A DNA stretch of 64,000 nt from Paragordius varius (Eukaryota; Animalia; Nematomorpha). The DNA lies in NCBI GenBank assembly GCA_964247055.1, contig OZ176051.1, positions 9,362,001 to 9,426,000 of the forward strand, in the 5' to 3' direction. Under the pieces are notes generated by a model. That model worked only from the letters and a program-made list of their open reading frames with translations. It had not been told where the DNA came from and did no database searches. The position numbers and the translations under genes are program-made. Within the stretch, counting starts at the first letter, position 1; each line of letters opens with the position of its first letter. Shown here in pieces: positions 11,331 through 24,535 of the stretch.

Positions 11331-14300
11331 TTATCTGAAAAGTAGTATCGTTTTCTTCAGGTTCTGTTTCATAATTGTTGTTATTGTTTTTGAATCAAGA
11401 ATAGTTGATCCCATAACCATTTTAGTATAGCGACCGGTTGACATAGCTAATATGTATATTGAGCACATTTCAAGTGTCTGCGTATCCAAAAAGTTCATCG
11501 GGATAGTCAGGTTTTCATTGTAATTTGAGTATAGGTAACATTTTCGTTTTGACTTTAACAATCTTTCGATGATCTTGAAGAGATATAAGCCAAAATTTAA
11601 TGTACATTTGTTTACCCGACCATTCGTCGTTAAAATCAAATTATAATCATGCACTTTCAACATCGAAGAACCTTCGGGCGTTGCGTTAGAGCTCATGCCT
11701 TAAAAAATGTAATTAAATTAATATTTTTGACATAAAATGATAAAATAGATCGTTAACATTATACTTATTGTCAATTCTCCTGCAACAGTGCTTTTGGTTT
11801 CGTCTAACAGGGATTCTAATTTCAGTAAATAGTCACAATATCCGACATTTGATAGTTCTTTTTCTACCGATCTCAAATATAGCATACCTTGACCAACACA
11901 CCGTATTTTTTCAAGATGGGGCATACTTATATCTATTGGCGAGTCGTTTAATTGTTGGATAAATAATTGAAAAATCAAAACATCTGCAGTCAATGATATT
12001 GAACTTATATCTATGTATATCAATAGCACATATATATATATATATATATATAGATATGTTAAGAAATTACATCGAAAACTTTAAGAACCCAAGTGGTGTC
12101 TGATTAATATAGTGAAATAATCAAAAGAAATAATTATCGGTCTCAATTTTATAATTAATCTCGCAGGTTCTTTGAAATGAAGGACAGGAGCTTTGGATCA
12201 AAATATTTGCACACAGACCAAAATTATCAGTTATGTTTATATACTACAAAATTTTTGGCACAAAAAAAATTTTAAACATAATGTAACACATAAACACTAT
12301 ATTACCTTTTCATATTTCTTTGTCCCTGCGCTTTAAACTTATATAGTACAATTATTATTAGGGAAATTATTTTCGCTAAATTAGACCAAAATGTTTTTCT
12401 AAATTTATATATGTTTAGAATATAGAACCAACACTCGTGACAAACAGCTGATATTAATTTAATAAATTTCTTAACCTGGAATTTTTATCGAACAATTCCA
12501 TGTCGGATGATATGACAAAATCAGTAAGGGCAATGTTCCATATTTTTTTAATGGATCCAAGCATTTATATACGATTATTAAAGCTTCAAATGACGGTTTT
12601 TTCATATCATTTGTGTCTGGATCAAAATATAAAACAAGTTCTGGATATAGGATATGGACATTGATACATTCAACAATGTGAACATTCAAACTACATTCCT
12701 GTCCATCATATCCCAGATATAATTTTAATTGTGTAAATAATTTTGATTTTGCCAAAACTTGTTTAATAAGAGGGAGCTTTTCCGCAAGTAAAGCAGAATC
12801 CATGATATTTTGATCTTCGTGTAAGCTAAGTTGATTTTCGGAACATGATTGTAAATCCAAATTTTGTATTGGTCTAGTTTCTATCAAATCGCATAAATTC
12901 TAAAATACCTGGAGTAGTGAATTTTGTAAATTTTTCTTCCAATGTCTCTTTAGATTTGATTTCATTTTGAATAAGAGGGGTGATTTTTTCGTTAACCCTT
13001 GTTACAGTCCATTTACTCAATAAAATAAAGGCTAACCATGCCACAATGACTAAAATAAAAGAAATTATAAAAATGAGAAGTATAAAAGTAGTATCTATAT
13101 TAAATGGATAAGTTGAAACATGTTTAGAACGTAAACGTTTATTTTAAATTTTTTAAATATTTCAACCTATTATTGTTAAAATTATCACAAAAGCTATTAC
13201 TTCTTTTAAAATTTTCCCATTAATGCTTTTTAGAGTTAAGTAATGCCAAAAATATATTTTGCACGATAAAAATTCCTTTGCGCTTAATCTAAGTTGAGAA
13301 ACTCTTCTTTTACCAAGCCATTCTAATATTCTTTAAAATTGGAGGTTTTAAAAAATTTTATAAATATTTTTTTGTAAAGTTTTGAACCGAATAAGTGTAT
13401 AAAACGCAATAGTAATTTATGGATTATTTTGATATTGAGGTCGTGTTATCAGTCCTATCAAACTTTGAATAAAGATCTAAAATCTATTCCACATTGATTT
13501 ATATAAATTTATATTTAATAAGAATACCACACCTTCAGGATTAAAACACCACAAGGTTCAGAGCCCTTTTCAATAAAGCATGTCTACCAAGGCTCATCAC
13601 TCAGCCCTTTATTGTTTTAATAATTTGTATAAACGAGGTAGCCAAGGTCGTTAATGTAAGGTCAGGTTGGCACTTAATGTTATGCAGATGACATAATCAT
13701 TTCTGATTCATTGGCTGAGTTAAAGCGAACGGTAAACAGATGGGTTATTATATAGAATCAATATCGTCTGAAAGTAAACAAAGCAAAACCTGAATTTATT
13801 ACTTTTGGGGGTCCACAACATGAAATGGAAGTTGATGATAATTGGGGTCTGAAAGGTAAAGAAAGGTGCAAATATTTGGGGGCAATGTTAAGTTCATATG
13901 GATCGTTGACCGATGATAATAATTTAAGTAAAGTGCAGTTGGGTAAATTGGAAGAAAATTTCAAACGTGTTATGTGATCGAAATATTGATGTTAGAGTAG
14001 GTATACAGTTCAGTTGTTCAAGCCACAATGATGTATAATTCAAAGACCTGGGGGGTTGAAAAATCCGAAGAAAGACATTTTGACGTCACTAAAATGAAAA
14101 TGCTTAGAATGATGTGTGTGGTAACGAGAAAGGACAGAATTAGGATTAAATTTATTCGTGAGAGCACAGATGTTAAACCAATAGTGGAAAAATGTCAAAA
14201 AATAGGCTACGTTGGTTTGGGCGCATTGAAAGGGGAGATTTTAATTATATTGCAAAAATAAAAGATAGTCATATAGTTGTAGGAAAACAAGGATGTGCGC

Positions 14301-17300
14301 GGCCTAAAACAAAATAGATAGACACAAAGAGAGCTAGCAGAATACGAGCAGTTCTATGGCGAGACCGGATACATGACCGTCACGAGTAAAAACATGTAAT
14401 GTAATTATTAAATATATATTTACTCACCGTAGAAACATTGTATATATCGACCAGTCGCGGAACTATAAATTTTGCCCCCCCCCCTCACTCCAAAAAATCG
14501 TTTGCAGTTATCTTTTCACATGGCGCATCATTTAGATTCGTAAAGAAATATTATATTTAAAAATGATAATATTTACATGACTTGGCATCCTGAGTCTAAA
14601 TTGCGCTCCCGGGATTTTTATATATAATAGTTAATACCCACCCGCCCTCCCTAACCACCGTCAATACCTTAATATTAATGTTCATTTTGAAGGTTTAAAA
14701 TAATTAAATATATATTAAAATGTATTAATTGGAAAACATGTTATAACATTTCGTTTTCCGTGAGCAAATTTTCTAATTTATCTTTTTATCCATTTGATCC
14801 ACCATCCATGTTCTTTTTAAATGCCCAGATTTAATGTTTTTTGTAATAGGTTTTTGAAAAGCAAAGATTTTCTGAATAAGGATTTCTTTTATATGACCTG
14901 GGGGACGATGTAAATTACACGATATCAGAATTTTCTTTATTACTCTATATTTATATAATACCCATATCGGAATTCTTTGAAATCAAACAAGTTAAACCAC
15001 GTTCCACATTAGTATGACTCAAACTATGCATATCATCTATACTTTTTTTGCTAATCGCTATCGTTTTCTCATTTGTGCTGGAGCTATCAGGAGGGCTAGG
15101 TTCAATAGTATGACTCGAGTTATCCAAATTATCTACACCATTACTGATATCAACTGTTTTTTGTTTCTCGTGTGAGCTAGCATCAAAGAATACATTTGTC
15201 AAAACGGGTTTTAAGAAATCTGTCATTATTTTAATTTTTGATGCTTATTTTTCCTTCGCTCATATTCGTTTTTACTCTTCACCCTAGTTTGGCACTAAGA
15301 TACAAAAAAACATTAAGAATTAAATATTTTGTAAGAAATTTTTTTACAACTGGCGATTATTGTGAAAACATGATGCGAATCCTTAAAATCTTTTAGTTCA
15401 GGGGTCGGCAACCTTTTCTTTTGTGCGGCGCCCAAGTAAATACCATAATAAACCATGATGCTGTAGCTAATATGGGATAATTATATCCTATTTTACTATG
15501 AAGACTTATATCCTAATTCATGTGGACAGCTTGTTTAGTGAAGCTGTCTCTATTTCGCTCGTCTGTAGGCTCACATATTCGTTTTTCATATAAACACATT
15601 GTCAACATATGCGCCAATACGGGCCTACCTAGGAATAGCAGCGGGAAAAGTTTTTAAATACAAACTAATTGCTAAAAGTTTTTCCTTCGGAATTCGGATA
15701 AATAAATTTTGACAGCTGTTTAGTCAGAATAATAAAATATTTTTTATGGTAATAAGGCTTTTTGATATTATAATAAAAATGCTACGAACCTGTCCCAAAA
15801 AAGTGGAACTAGAATCGGGCTCCAATCTAATAACGGAGCATGAATCGGTTCCTAAAAGAAACCAGGTTCCGATTCGAAGGCTTAATAAATATTTCTAAAT
15901 GTAATTGCATGGAATATGAATTTATATTTGAGAATGGCCCGCTAAAAAAATTGATCTCTGTTTTATTGTGTGGTGAAAGTTTATCGAAAATTTTATATTT
16001 TATAACAAAAGATAATTTAAAATAACATGCATCAAAGGATAAAAACATTATACAAATGATGCATATCAATGTATACCTGCTATTAAAAGTTGGCCAATTC
16101 ACTTCACAGTAAAGTATGTGAAATAACAATCTATAAAATTTAATGAATATCATTCACAATGTATGCATTGAAACATTTTTAAAATTATTGTTATTTCTCA
16201 TATGAATTGGTACACATTAATGTGAGTTGGCCTGCATTAAAATGCATATTGCATAATCAAAATAAATTAGATTATTAGAGAACATTGTTATAATGAATGT
16301 TTATCTTTTTCCCCTCCTTTATTTATTCACTATTAGATTGCCAGAAATTAATAATGGATCATCACTAAAATTTAATGGATAGTAAAAAATGCATTTTTTG
16401 CTCTTTCTTCCTTTGACTCAATAATATTAAAATTTACATGAACCCATTTCCTCACAAAAATTAAATATGTAAATTATCTTTCACTACATCAAAAAACGAA
16501 ATATATTTTTACGCTATATGAATATAATATTTTAAATGAGATTTTATTTGTAATTATTTTAATTTAACAGAGGCAAATTACATCTGTCAAAATTATGTGA
16601 ATTCTCATGAAACTATAATTTTTAATAACAAAATTAGGACTTGAAAATACATGAGATTCACTTGGTGTCAATCTATACTCATTTATTTATATTTAAACTA
16701 TTTTCATTTTTTAAAGTGTTAACTGAAGATAATTTAAAGTTTTTTATTAATTATAAATTTATAATTAAACCGCTTATTGAGATAGTAAAAAAATGCTCTT
16801 TTTCACCTTTTCTTCCTTTCAATAAATAATAATTCTCTTTATTCTTTGCCAGTATACTTACAAACAGGCAATTACTTACATATCTGTACATGAAAAAAAG
16901 TATTAAATTTTAAGCACCCCCCTCGCAACATAGAACGAGGGCCCAAATTTAATATAAATAAAAAGGGCCCCTGTTTTGCCTTGGGCCACCCCGCACTGCT
17001 CCCCCTAGCCCGTCGTTTCGCCACTGATTCCACTTTACCGCTATCAAGATCTTGCTATTAACTCACATACTTCCTTTGTGTAGTTAAATTATTTATTTGG
17101 TTTATAAAATTTTATTTATTTTTATCCGCACATTTATTTACTATATTTAATTTAAAGTTAGCCAGGGGTTGTCAATTTTATTTTAATGTGTATCAAAATT
17201 GCTATAAACAAAGTTCAAACACAAATATCTTCGCGGCTTCTTTGATAATATTTGGTTAAGTTTTTATTAGACCAATTTTGGATTGATAGACCTTCTATGT

Positions 17301-20300
17301 TATCGTAAATTTTTGATTGAAATCCAATTATTTATTTTTTTTAACATTTATTAGAGCTCTTTTGCACACACCCTGCTTTAAAACTTAATTGTAAATGTTT
17401 ACATAATGCAGCTAAACTAGCGGGATAAATGGTAGGGAATCAAAAGTTGGTAATAACTTTATGAAAAATTCCCAGAGGTCGAATCATAACGAGTTCCACT
17501 GTAAAGTATATGTATTTAAACTAGTTAGAAAGAGGGGCAATCGGCACTCCAATAACAACCAAAGACATACATGTAGCAAATTTAGTGGATAGGAAGCGGT
17601 AAACTATCAACTTAGTGTAAATAATGTCACATGATATCTTGTCTCAAACTCAATAGTGTTGTCAGAATGTTGTTAATACTATAAAAACACATGTTGTAAA
17701 GAGAACGACAAAAATAAAGAGAAAAGCAGTTAAATTTAGACGATGACACACTGGATCCTTTTAAAACCAACTAAACAACCCACTTTGATAAAAAGACAAA
17801 AACTGTTTGATGGGCAACAAATTTCCATCAATGAGTAGGTGCTGAAGCTTAAAAATATAATTGCTTTTGCGATGTTACCAATTATATTCGGGTGGGAAAG
17901 TTTTGGGAATTTCTAACATATTTAAACATAATATGGTAAAACGGCAAAAATGGGGATCTAAAAATAATTTATGAATAGCTAAAAGCTTTGAGATAATGGA
18001 CATCGAAATGATAAATGCGATTAAAATTCTGAAAAAAAGTATTAAATTTTCAATTTGCGAATAGCATTTTTATCGCACATTAGCTTAAATAAAATAATAA
18101 ACAATAGAGGAAAATTCAACTATATATTATTGTTTATATTATTATAAGCCTAATCCAAAACTTGAATATAGAACGAGATGGGTATTAAAATTATTGTAAC
18201 CGAACAAATTGGTTCGAACCCAACGAAATATGTTTCTACGTTCGATACTATTTAAATAAATTTTCTAATCGAGCAACTTCCCAAACAATTGGTAAATGAA
18301 ATAGCCTAGTACTAATTAATGATAAAATAAATTAGGGATTTTTTTCACAAAGGCTTACAGCAGTGGTAACAAAATATAAAGGGACGAAAAAAAATATCTT
18401 GTCGCAATGGTTAAGCACACACCATGTAATACCGATAAATTTCATAGCTTTTTTGACACATTTGCAGATATTTATACTTAAAATAAACATTTAAAAATAT
18501 AATAAATTTAAGGAGATTCCCTAGGGTCACGGTTGGAGTACCTCTGCTAAAATGATTTTAATAATCCTAACCTAATTAAAAAAATCATATTTACAAAAGG
18601 GCATCGTACGGCAGAACCGTGAAAATAAAACCGATAATACTCTCGCGTCAATAAATATTTCAGCTCAAAACATAAAATAGATATAAAATTTTAGGGCAAA
18701 TCTAAACAACACCTAAAAATATATTCTAAAAGTTAAATATTTTATTGACTTTGTTATTAAATTATTTTTGGAATATTAAAATTATGAATTTATTTGATAA
18801 ATCCAAAAACTTTCGCGGGCCGCAAATTTTTGCTGGAGACCGCGTGTATTAGAGTGCTGGAAGATAAATGGACAATAAAAATCGAAATACTAGTGTTGGT
18901 TTGGTATGAGGCTTTAATTACCTCTTTAAATCAACGTTTTACTTATTCAAAGTTGTGGTCCCAAATAAGAATTAATTGCCTAAAATGTTTATTATTTATT
19001 TGTTAATTTTTGTAAATCATCACAAAACGAGATAAGTATTAGATGTTTTCTCTTATCATTAGTTTCAATTGATTATTAACTAGAGCGATTTGATCACCGG
19101 CCGAAAGACGCAACTTACAAGAATTCGCTCTACATTCGATTGTATACGGAGACCGATTTTTAGCATACACAGTTATTTTTGTGGAATATTGGTTTGGTAA
19201 GAGGTGAGGCTTGATTTGGTCCCAGGTGCTTGCTTTATTATTCCATCTGATATCTAATATATCGGTAAAGGGTGATATATTCGACATTAGTAAAAAACGC
19301 ATATCATTGACATAAGAGGTTTGTTTATAAACATATAGTATGGGCAAAATTTTATTCGAATGGTTATAATACTCGTATTCATCAATGACTAAAAATCAAA
19401 AACTCATTTACGATTGTGTGAGTGTATGCATGGCGATATTTGTTTTCACTAATCAGTTAACATACTGTTGTTTGTTAAATTTTAATTTTACGCCAGTAAG
19501 TATTAACTAATGCCCAAACTACATTTTCCGAAAATAAAATACATGCTGAGAATTATAAATAATCTATATAATTTTTTATCTAAATAATAAATAATTTAAC
19601 AATATAATAAAACTTTGTGTGACATATCGCGTATATTTATTCCCTATAGTGAACATCAAGTAAAAATACAATTTCGTTTATTTTTATTTGCAAATTATTT
19701 TTTTTAATATTAAAGGGTTGGAATCATGTTAAATTGCATTATATCATTAATTTCTTTAAATATTTTAAAAAAATAAGTACTTTTGGAAGCAGTTTGGCAC
19801 TCTTGAGCTACCAATTTGATTTCATGTAGAGAATCCGATTTTTTTAGATATATTTTGTCGTATTTGGATATTTCTTTGCTCGAACCACTTAGTATCAACT
19901 TATTATTGTCCATGTAAGTTTTAAATTTAGTCAGGTATTCATAAGAAGGGCCAAGAATCTCAACATCTTTTATATTCCATCCAAGTGTTGAGAAACTAAC
20001 TGTATTTTCACACTGATAGTATTTCCGAACACTTTTCGCTAAACATATTATATTAAATTAAGCCTAATTATTCTATAATAACGTGAGGTTTGCAGATTTT
20101 TAATAATTTTAGTAAAAAAATTTATATAACTCAGATTTTAATATACGTTAATAGAGTTTTCTTAGAGCACTAATACACAATATGGAATTAACTTAACAAA
20201 AAGTTTGCAGCTCATATTTTTTAATCTTAACGATTAAGAATGTACCGGAATATTTAATTTGCAATGGAAAAGATGTTAAATATGAATAATATATAATTGT

Positions 20301-21575
20301 AATGAAAAATTAATAATTAAACTTACTTAAACTTTTGGGCATATATTTAAAGTTTCCAGCTTTGTCCCACGTTCCTGGATAAATAATACATAGTTTTAAG
20401 TTATTTTTCTAGTTTATAACAAAAAGGAGAATTGCTTAAAGAATTTTGAGAGCATTAACACACTCGCCTACGAGCATTCAGAGTGATGATGGAAAAATTA
20501 TACATTTAATTATAAATATATATGAAATGTAAAAATAAATAATAAAAACCATCAAATTTAATTATCCATCTTCTATATGTATATTGATTCACGAAAAGGA
20601 CTAAAAATTCATTATGAATCGCTGTTATATTAGCTTGAATAGAGCCGTTGGATATTTGATAAATTCTACCAGGACTATAAAGGTATAATTCACAAGTTTT
20701 GGCTAAATTTGGGTCATTGAACAAATCAGAACAATTTTCCTCAAATATAAATCGTCCATTGTAGCTCTTATAATCCGTCAAAGGGTAGAAAATTTCAAAA
20801 TAAAGGTTAAGTTCTTTACCATCTATGTTAATGGTCCAAAGTCCAGCATAATCACATTTACCAGGTATATTAATTATTAATTTTGTTTTGTTTGACACTT
20901 GAAAAGGCATTTCTTTTCCATATTTGGTAGTTATTTGAATGGTAGGGGGTGTTTTTGAATTTTTAAGAGGTTGCCAAAACTCAGCTATATCGATTTCATA
21001 CTTTTTGATCTTATTTGGTGATACTATGCCCCCTGTAATTACTAAAAATTGAAAAATTACTTTGCAAAATATATATGGAAAATATATATAAAATATCTAT
21101 TGATATTTAAATTGGGCAAAAAACGTAACATAGTGTGTAAGGATAACACATTGTTTATTATGATATTTAGCGAAAGGCGGTTATTACAAAATATATGCAT
21201 CTTTCGCCTATGAATCATACGTAAAAAATTAACACTTGCACAATGTAAGAGTATTATAATATTAAATTTATTACCTTGAAGAGAAATATTTCCATGCCTT
21301 ATTGTCACACCATTTTTCAAAACGGAATAAGGGCCATCAACTAAATTCAATTTAGGCGCTATCTCTTGATCAAGAAATTGTGAATAATTAACATTAGGGT
21401 AGTAAAATGTTCCAAACGCAAAATTGACAGTTATGTTAGCTCGACCTTGATACTCATCAAGAAGTTGATAATAATATTCTTGACCAAATGAAACCAAAAT
21501 GTCATCGGGATTCGGTTGCTCCTGAGCTAATATATTGTAGAACCCAAATAGGAATAAAATTGGTAGTAAAATCAT
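11331..21575 (-). CDS. Copy 2 (most complete) of the putative receptor gene: signal peptide, modular ectodomain, TM helix, cytoplasmic kinase-like region
   Basis: Exons 21575-21275, 21032-20550, 20374-20327, 20038-19781 and 19388-19119 are open and phase 1. TM exon 13094-12909 encodes TTFILLIFIISFILVIVAWLAFILLSKW. A 28-nt intron leads to exon 12880-12476, another 28-nt intron to an open exon from 12447, then ~11990-11765, a 66-nt intron and 11698-~11340. The middle exons (19118-13095) are unresolved, so intactness is not proven. Confidence 0.62.
12031..12052. repeat. (TA)11 microsatellite; empty site of the foldback insertion
   Basis: Read directly. Its flanks match, in reverse complement, the two flanks of the 61345-62535 element. 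Confidence 0.9.
13530..14400 (+). mobile_element. RTE-clade LINE 3' fragment in an intron of receptor copy 2
   Basis: Plus-strand motifs QGSSLSPLLF, YADDII, CKYLG and TWGVEKSEERHFDVTKMKMLRMMCVVTRKDRIR. Absent from the homologous intron of copy 1 (~2830-2915). Confidence 0.85.
14452..17026 (-). mobile_element. Composite, internally deleted hAT element (ZMYM1-like transposase remnants)
   Basis: Ends are cagtcgcggaac (14452) and gtttcgccactg (17026). Minus ORF 14951-15226 continues as GHLKRTWMV, then joins a C-terminal IRKFAHGKR remnant. A Charlie-type end, caggggtcggcaacc, lies at ~15398. No matching TSD. Confidence 0.6.
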
Positions 21576-23039
21576 TTCAAAAAAACTATAGCTTTGATAT
21601 AATTCTTGGAGGTCTTATATAGAAATACTTTAAAATAAAATGGGCCCTACATATTAAAGGAGATAAAGCAAATATTATTGAAATTTGGCAATGTATAATG
21701 ATATTGCAGGCTACTAAATAAATATTTTTTAATTTTCTTTGGACCAAAAGCCTAATTTTTATGTATTTCGACAAAAACATTATGTAAAACTCGTGTCTAA
21801 TACATTAGTTTTGTAAAATGTCAATATTTGCAATAAACCAAAACAACTTGCCCGACAGTTATTACGGTAAACAATAAATTAAAGTGTATTTGATCTGGCT
21901 AAGCTTACAATCTCAAATCTGGTTTAAACACGATCGCCAATTTTAAATTATATAAAACTTAAAGTTTGTATTATAGTTAATTTATTATATATAAAAAAGG
22001 AATTAACTGTATAATTTAAGTGATTTGAAGAACATGAAACGCAATCTTATAGAAGGTTCACGACAAAATAATTAATTTTCGAAAAGAAAATATAGAGATA
22101 CACTGGTAGTTTTTCATTAAATAATGCCAACAACTATATCTTTATTTTTTAAACAATAAAATGCCAAAAATTTACCTATATGTCGTATTAATTATTAGCT
22201 TTTAACAAATATTTTAAATAACCTACTTAAAAAAGTTTTTGAGCCAACCCACAATTTAGTTACAATTTGGAATGTTTTGAACTTCATTATTATATACTAT
22301 CTTTATGATCTAACTTAACATAACAATTACCACATCACTGTTGGTATTATAGATTATATTTATTCAGAAAAAATATATTGAATTGTACATTGACATCATT
22401 TTATTTTACAATTAATAAAGTACTAGGCAGTAAATGTTAGGGGTTTTCAGTGATTGTTGGGACAGCGGAGATTGTTTATTGGATATAACATTACATAAAC
22501 ATATAGATTTATTTCGATTTAGATCGTGTTTGACCAGAATTGTTTTGTAAGTTTAGCCACGAAAAATAATATTTATTTAGTATTTCCGTTTGTTACAGTT
22601 CAAACAAGTTGTTTTCGTTTAAGGGAAAAATTGGAATTTTTTTACCAAACTTAGGCCCTAGATATTTTTGTCAACATAGATATATAGAAATTTTAAGCTT
22701 TGGTCCATTATTTAATAATATTTATTTAGTTCCTTCATATAATGAGTTGCCAAATTTAATAATTATTTATCTCAACTGTTAATTTTTGAATGCTCTAACC
22801 TTACCACTTATTCCTACTATATAATTGAATTATGCAAAATTTTAAGATATATAGACATAATTCCAAGTAAGAAAGATTAACTAAAAGGTTCAGTAGCTAA
22901 GATAACTGTCAATTTTGCTTATGGAAATTTACTTAGATAAAATTAAATACAATTTTTTAAAAGTAATTAACCAAATAATACCTGTAGTAATTACTATCAA
23001 AAGCAAATTATATAATTTGATTGCTATGCATATCTAGGG

Positions 23040-23110
23040 CAGGGGTGTAACACATTTCGCGGACGGCATGCTTGTATCAAAAATTTGACGGGCCAAACAA
23101 AATATATGGG
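23040..23110 (+). mobile_element. hAT (Charlie-type) terminal sequence upstream of the satellite array
   Basis: atctaggg|caggggtgtaacac...gacgggcc resembles CAGGGGTGTCAAAC ends at a TCTAG-containing target. A second copy starts at 48609. Confidence 0.45.
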
Positions 23111-23479
23111 CATTAATAAAATTATTGAATTTAAAATATAAGAGTGCACAAATTATTGTTTATTTTAACAATTTTAGCTAGATCATGCCAATTTTTTGAG
23201 AAGATTTTTTCAAAAAAATCACTTATGCTTAGATCTCATGAAATGTAATTGAAATTTCTGGCGAACTCCATAAATATTTTAAAGGGACATGCGACCTTGT
23301 TAGATATTTTTGAATTAGGGTAATAATAGTGATCACATATTAGACTACTTTTTAATCGCCGTGAAATATTTTATTATATGATTAATTTTATTTTTTTGTC
23401 ACTTATGTATTAATACGACCGTTTGTGATGCGCCTCTTAACATGTTAAATAAATTTACACTATTAAACACTATAAAACA

Positions 23480-24530
23480 ACAATTAAATATTTTTTTCAA
23501 ATCATAATATGTTGCCTTGATATATCCAATAATTAAACATATATTTTCCACAATGCCCAATAACTTTTTAGTGTTTCTAACAATCAAACATATTTCAACA
23601 ATGAAATAATTTTTCCAACAATCAAATTATGTGGCCCAATAATATTTTAGTTTTTCCTACAATCAACATATATTTATACAAAAAAATAATTTCTCCAACA
23701 ATTTAAATATGTTGCTCAGCAATACCTAAGAGTTTTAACAATCAAAGATAGATTTTTAATAACTAAATAATTTTTCCAATAATCAAAAGAAATTGCCCAA
23801 TAATATTTTAGCATAACATTCAAAGCTATATTTTCAGCAATCAATATATGATGCCCAATAATAATTAGTGTGTCCGACAATCAAACCTTTATTTTCAACA
23901 ATCAAATAATTTTTTTAACAATCAAAATATGTTACCCAATAACTTTCTATTGTTTCCAACACTCAAACATATATTTTCAACAATGAAATAACTTTTTTAA
24001 TAATGAAAAGATGTTGTCAATAATATTTTAGTTTAAACAACAATCAAACATATATTTTTAATAATCAAATTGCCATTGCGTTGCTGAACCGGATCGATCA
24101 AGAAAACCGTTTTTTGTTACCGTGAGGCCTTTAGATTTTTCCAATAATCAAAAGATTTTGCCCAATAATATTTTATTATTTCCAACAATAAAACATATAT
24201 TGGAAACAATAATAATTTTTCCAACAATCTAAATTTGTTGCCCAGTAATTTGGTTATAACAACAATCAAACATATATTTCTAACAATCAAATAATTATTC
24301 CAACAATCAAAATATGTTGCCCAAAAATTATAATATTTCCAACAATCAAACATATATATTCAAAAAGGAAATAATTTTTCCAACTATCACAATTATTTAT
24401 AACATTTAAACTTATATTTTTAACAATCAAATAATTTTTCCAACAATCAAAATATATTGCCCAATAATTTTAGTGTTTCCAACAAGCATATAATTACAAA
24501 TATCAAATTATTTTCAAACAATGAAAAAAA
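23480..24530. repeat. Degenerate tandem satellite: ~80-bp units built from four ~20-bp CAACAATCAAA subunits
   Basis: gcccaat-like anchors recur near 23633, 23713, 23795, 23933 and 24013; the aacaatcaaa core recurs about every 20 nt. Confidence 0.85.
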
Positions 24531-24535
24531 GTTCC

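Noticed and set aside
23480-24530. Regularly spaced repeats as a possible CRISPR array or repeat-protein gene (ORFs 23399-23587, 24117-24353)
   Set aside because: The repeats are degenerate and contiguous with no unique spacers, the context is eukaryotic, and the ORFs are short by-products of the satellite.
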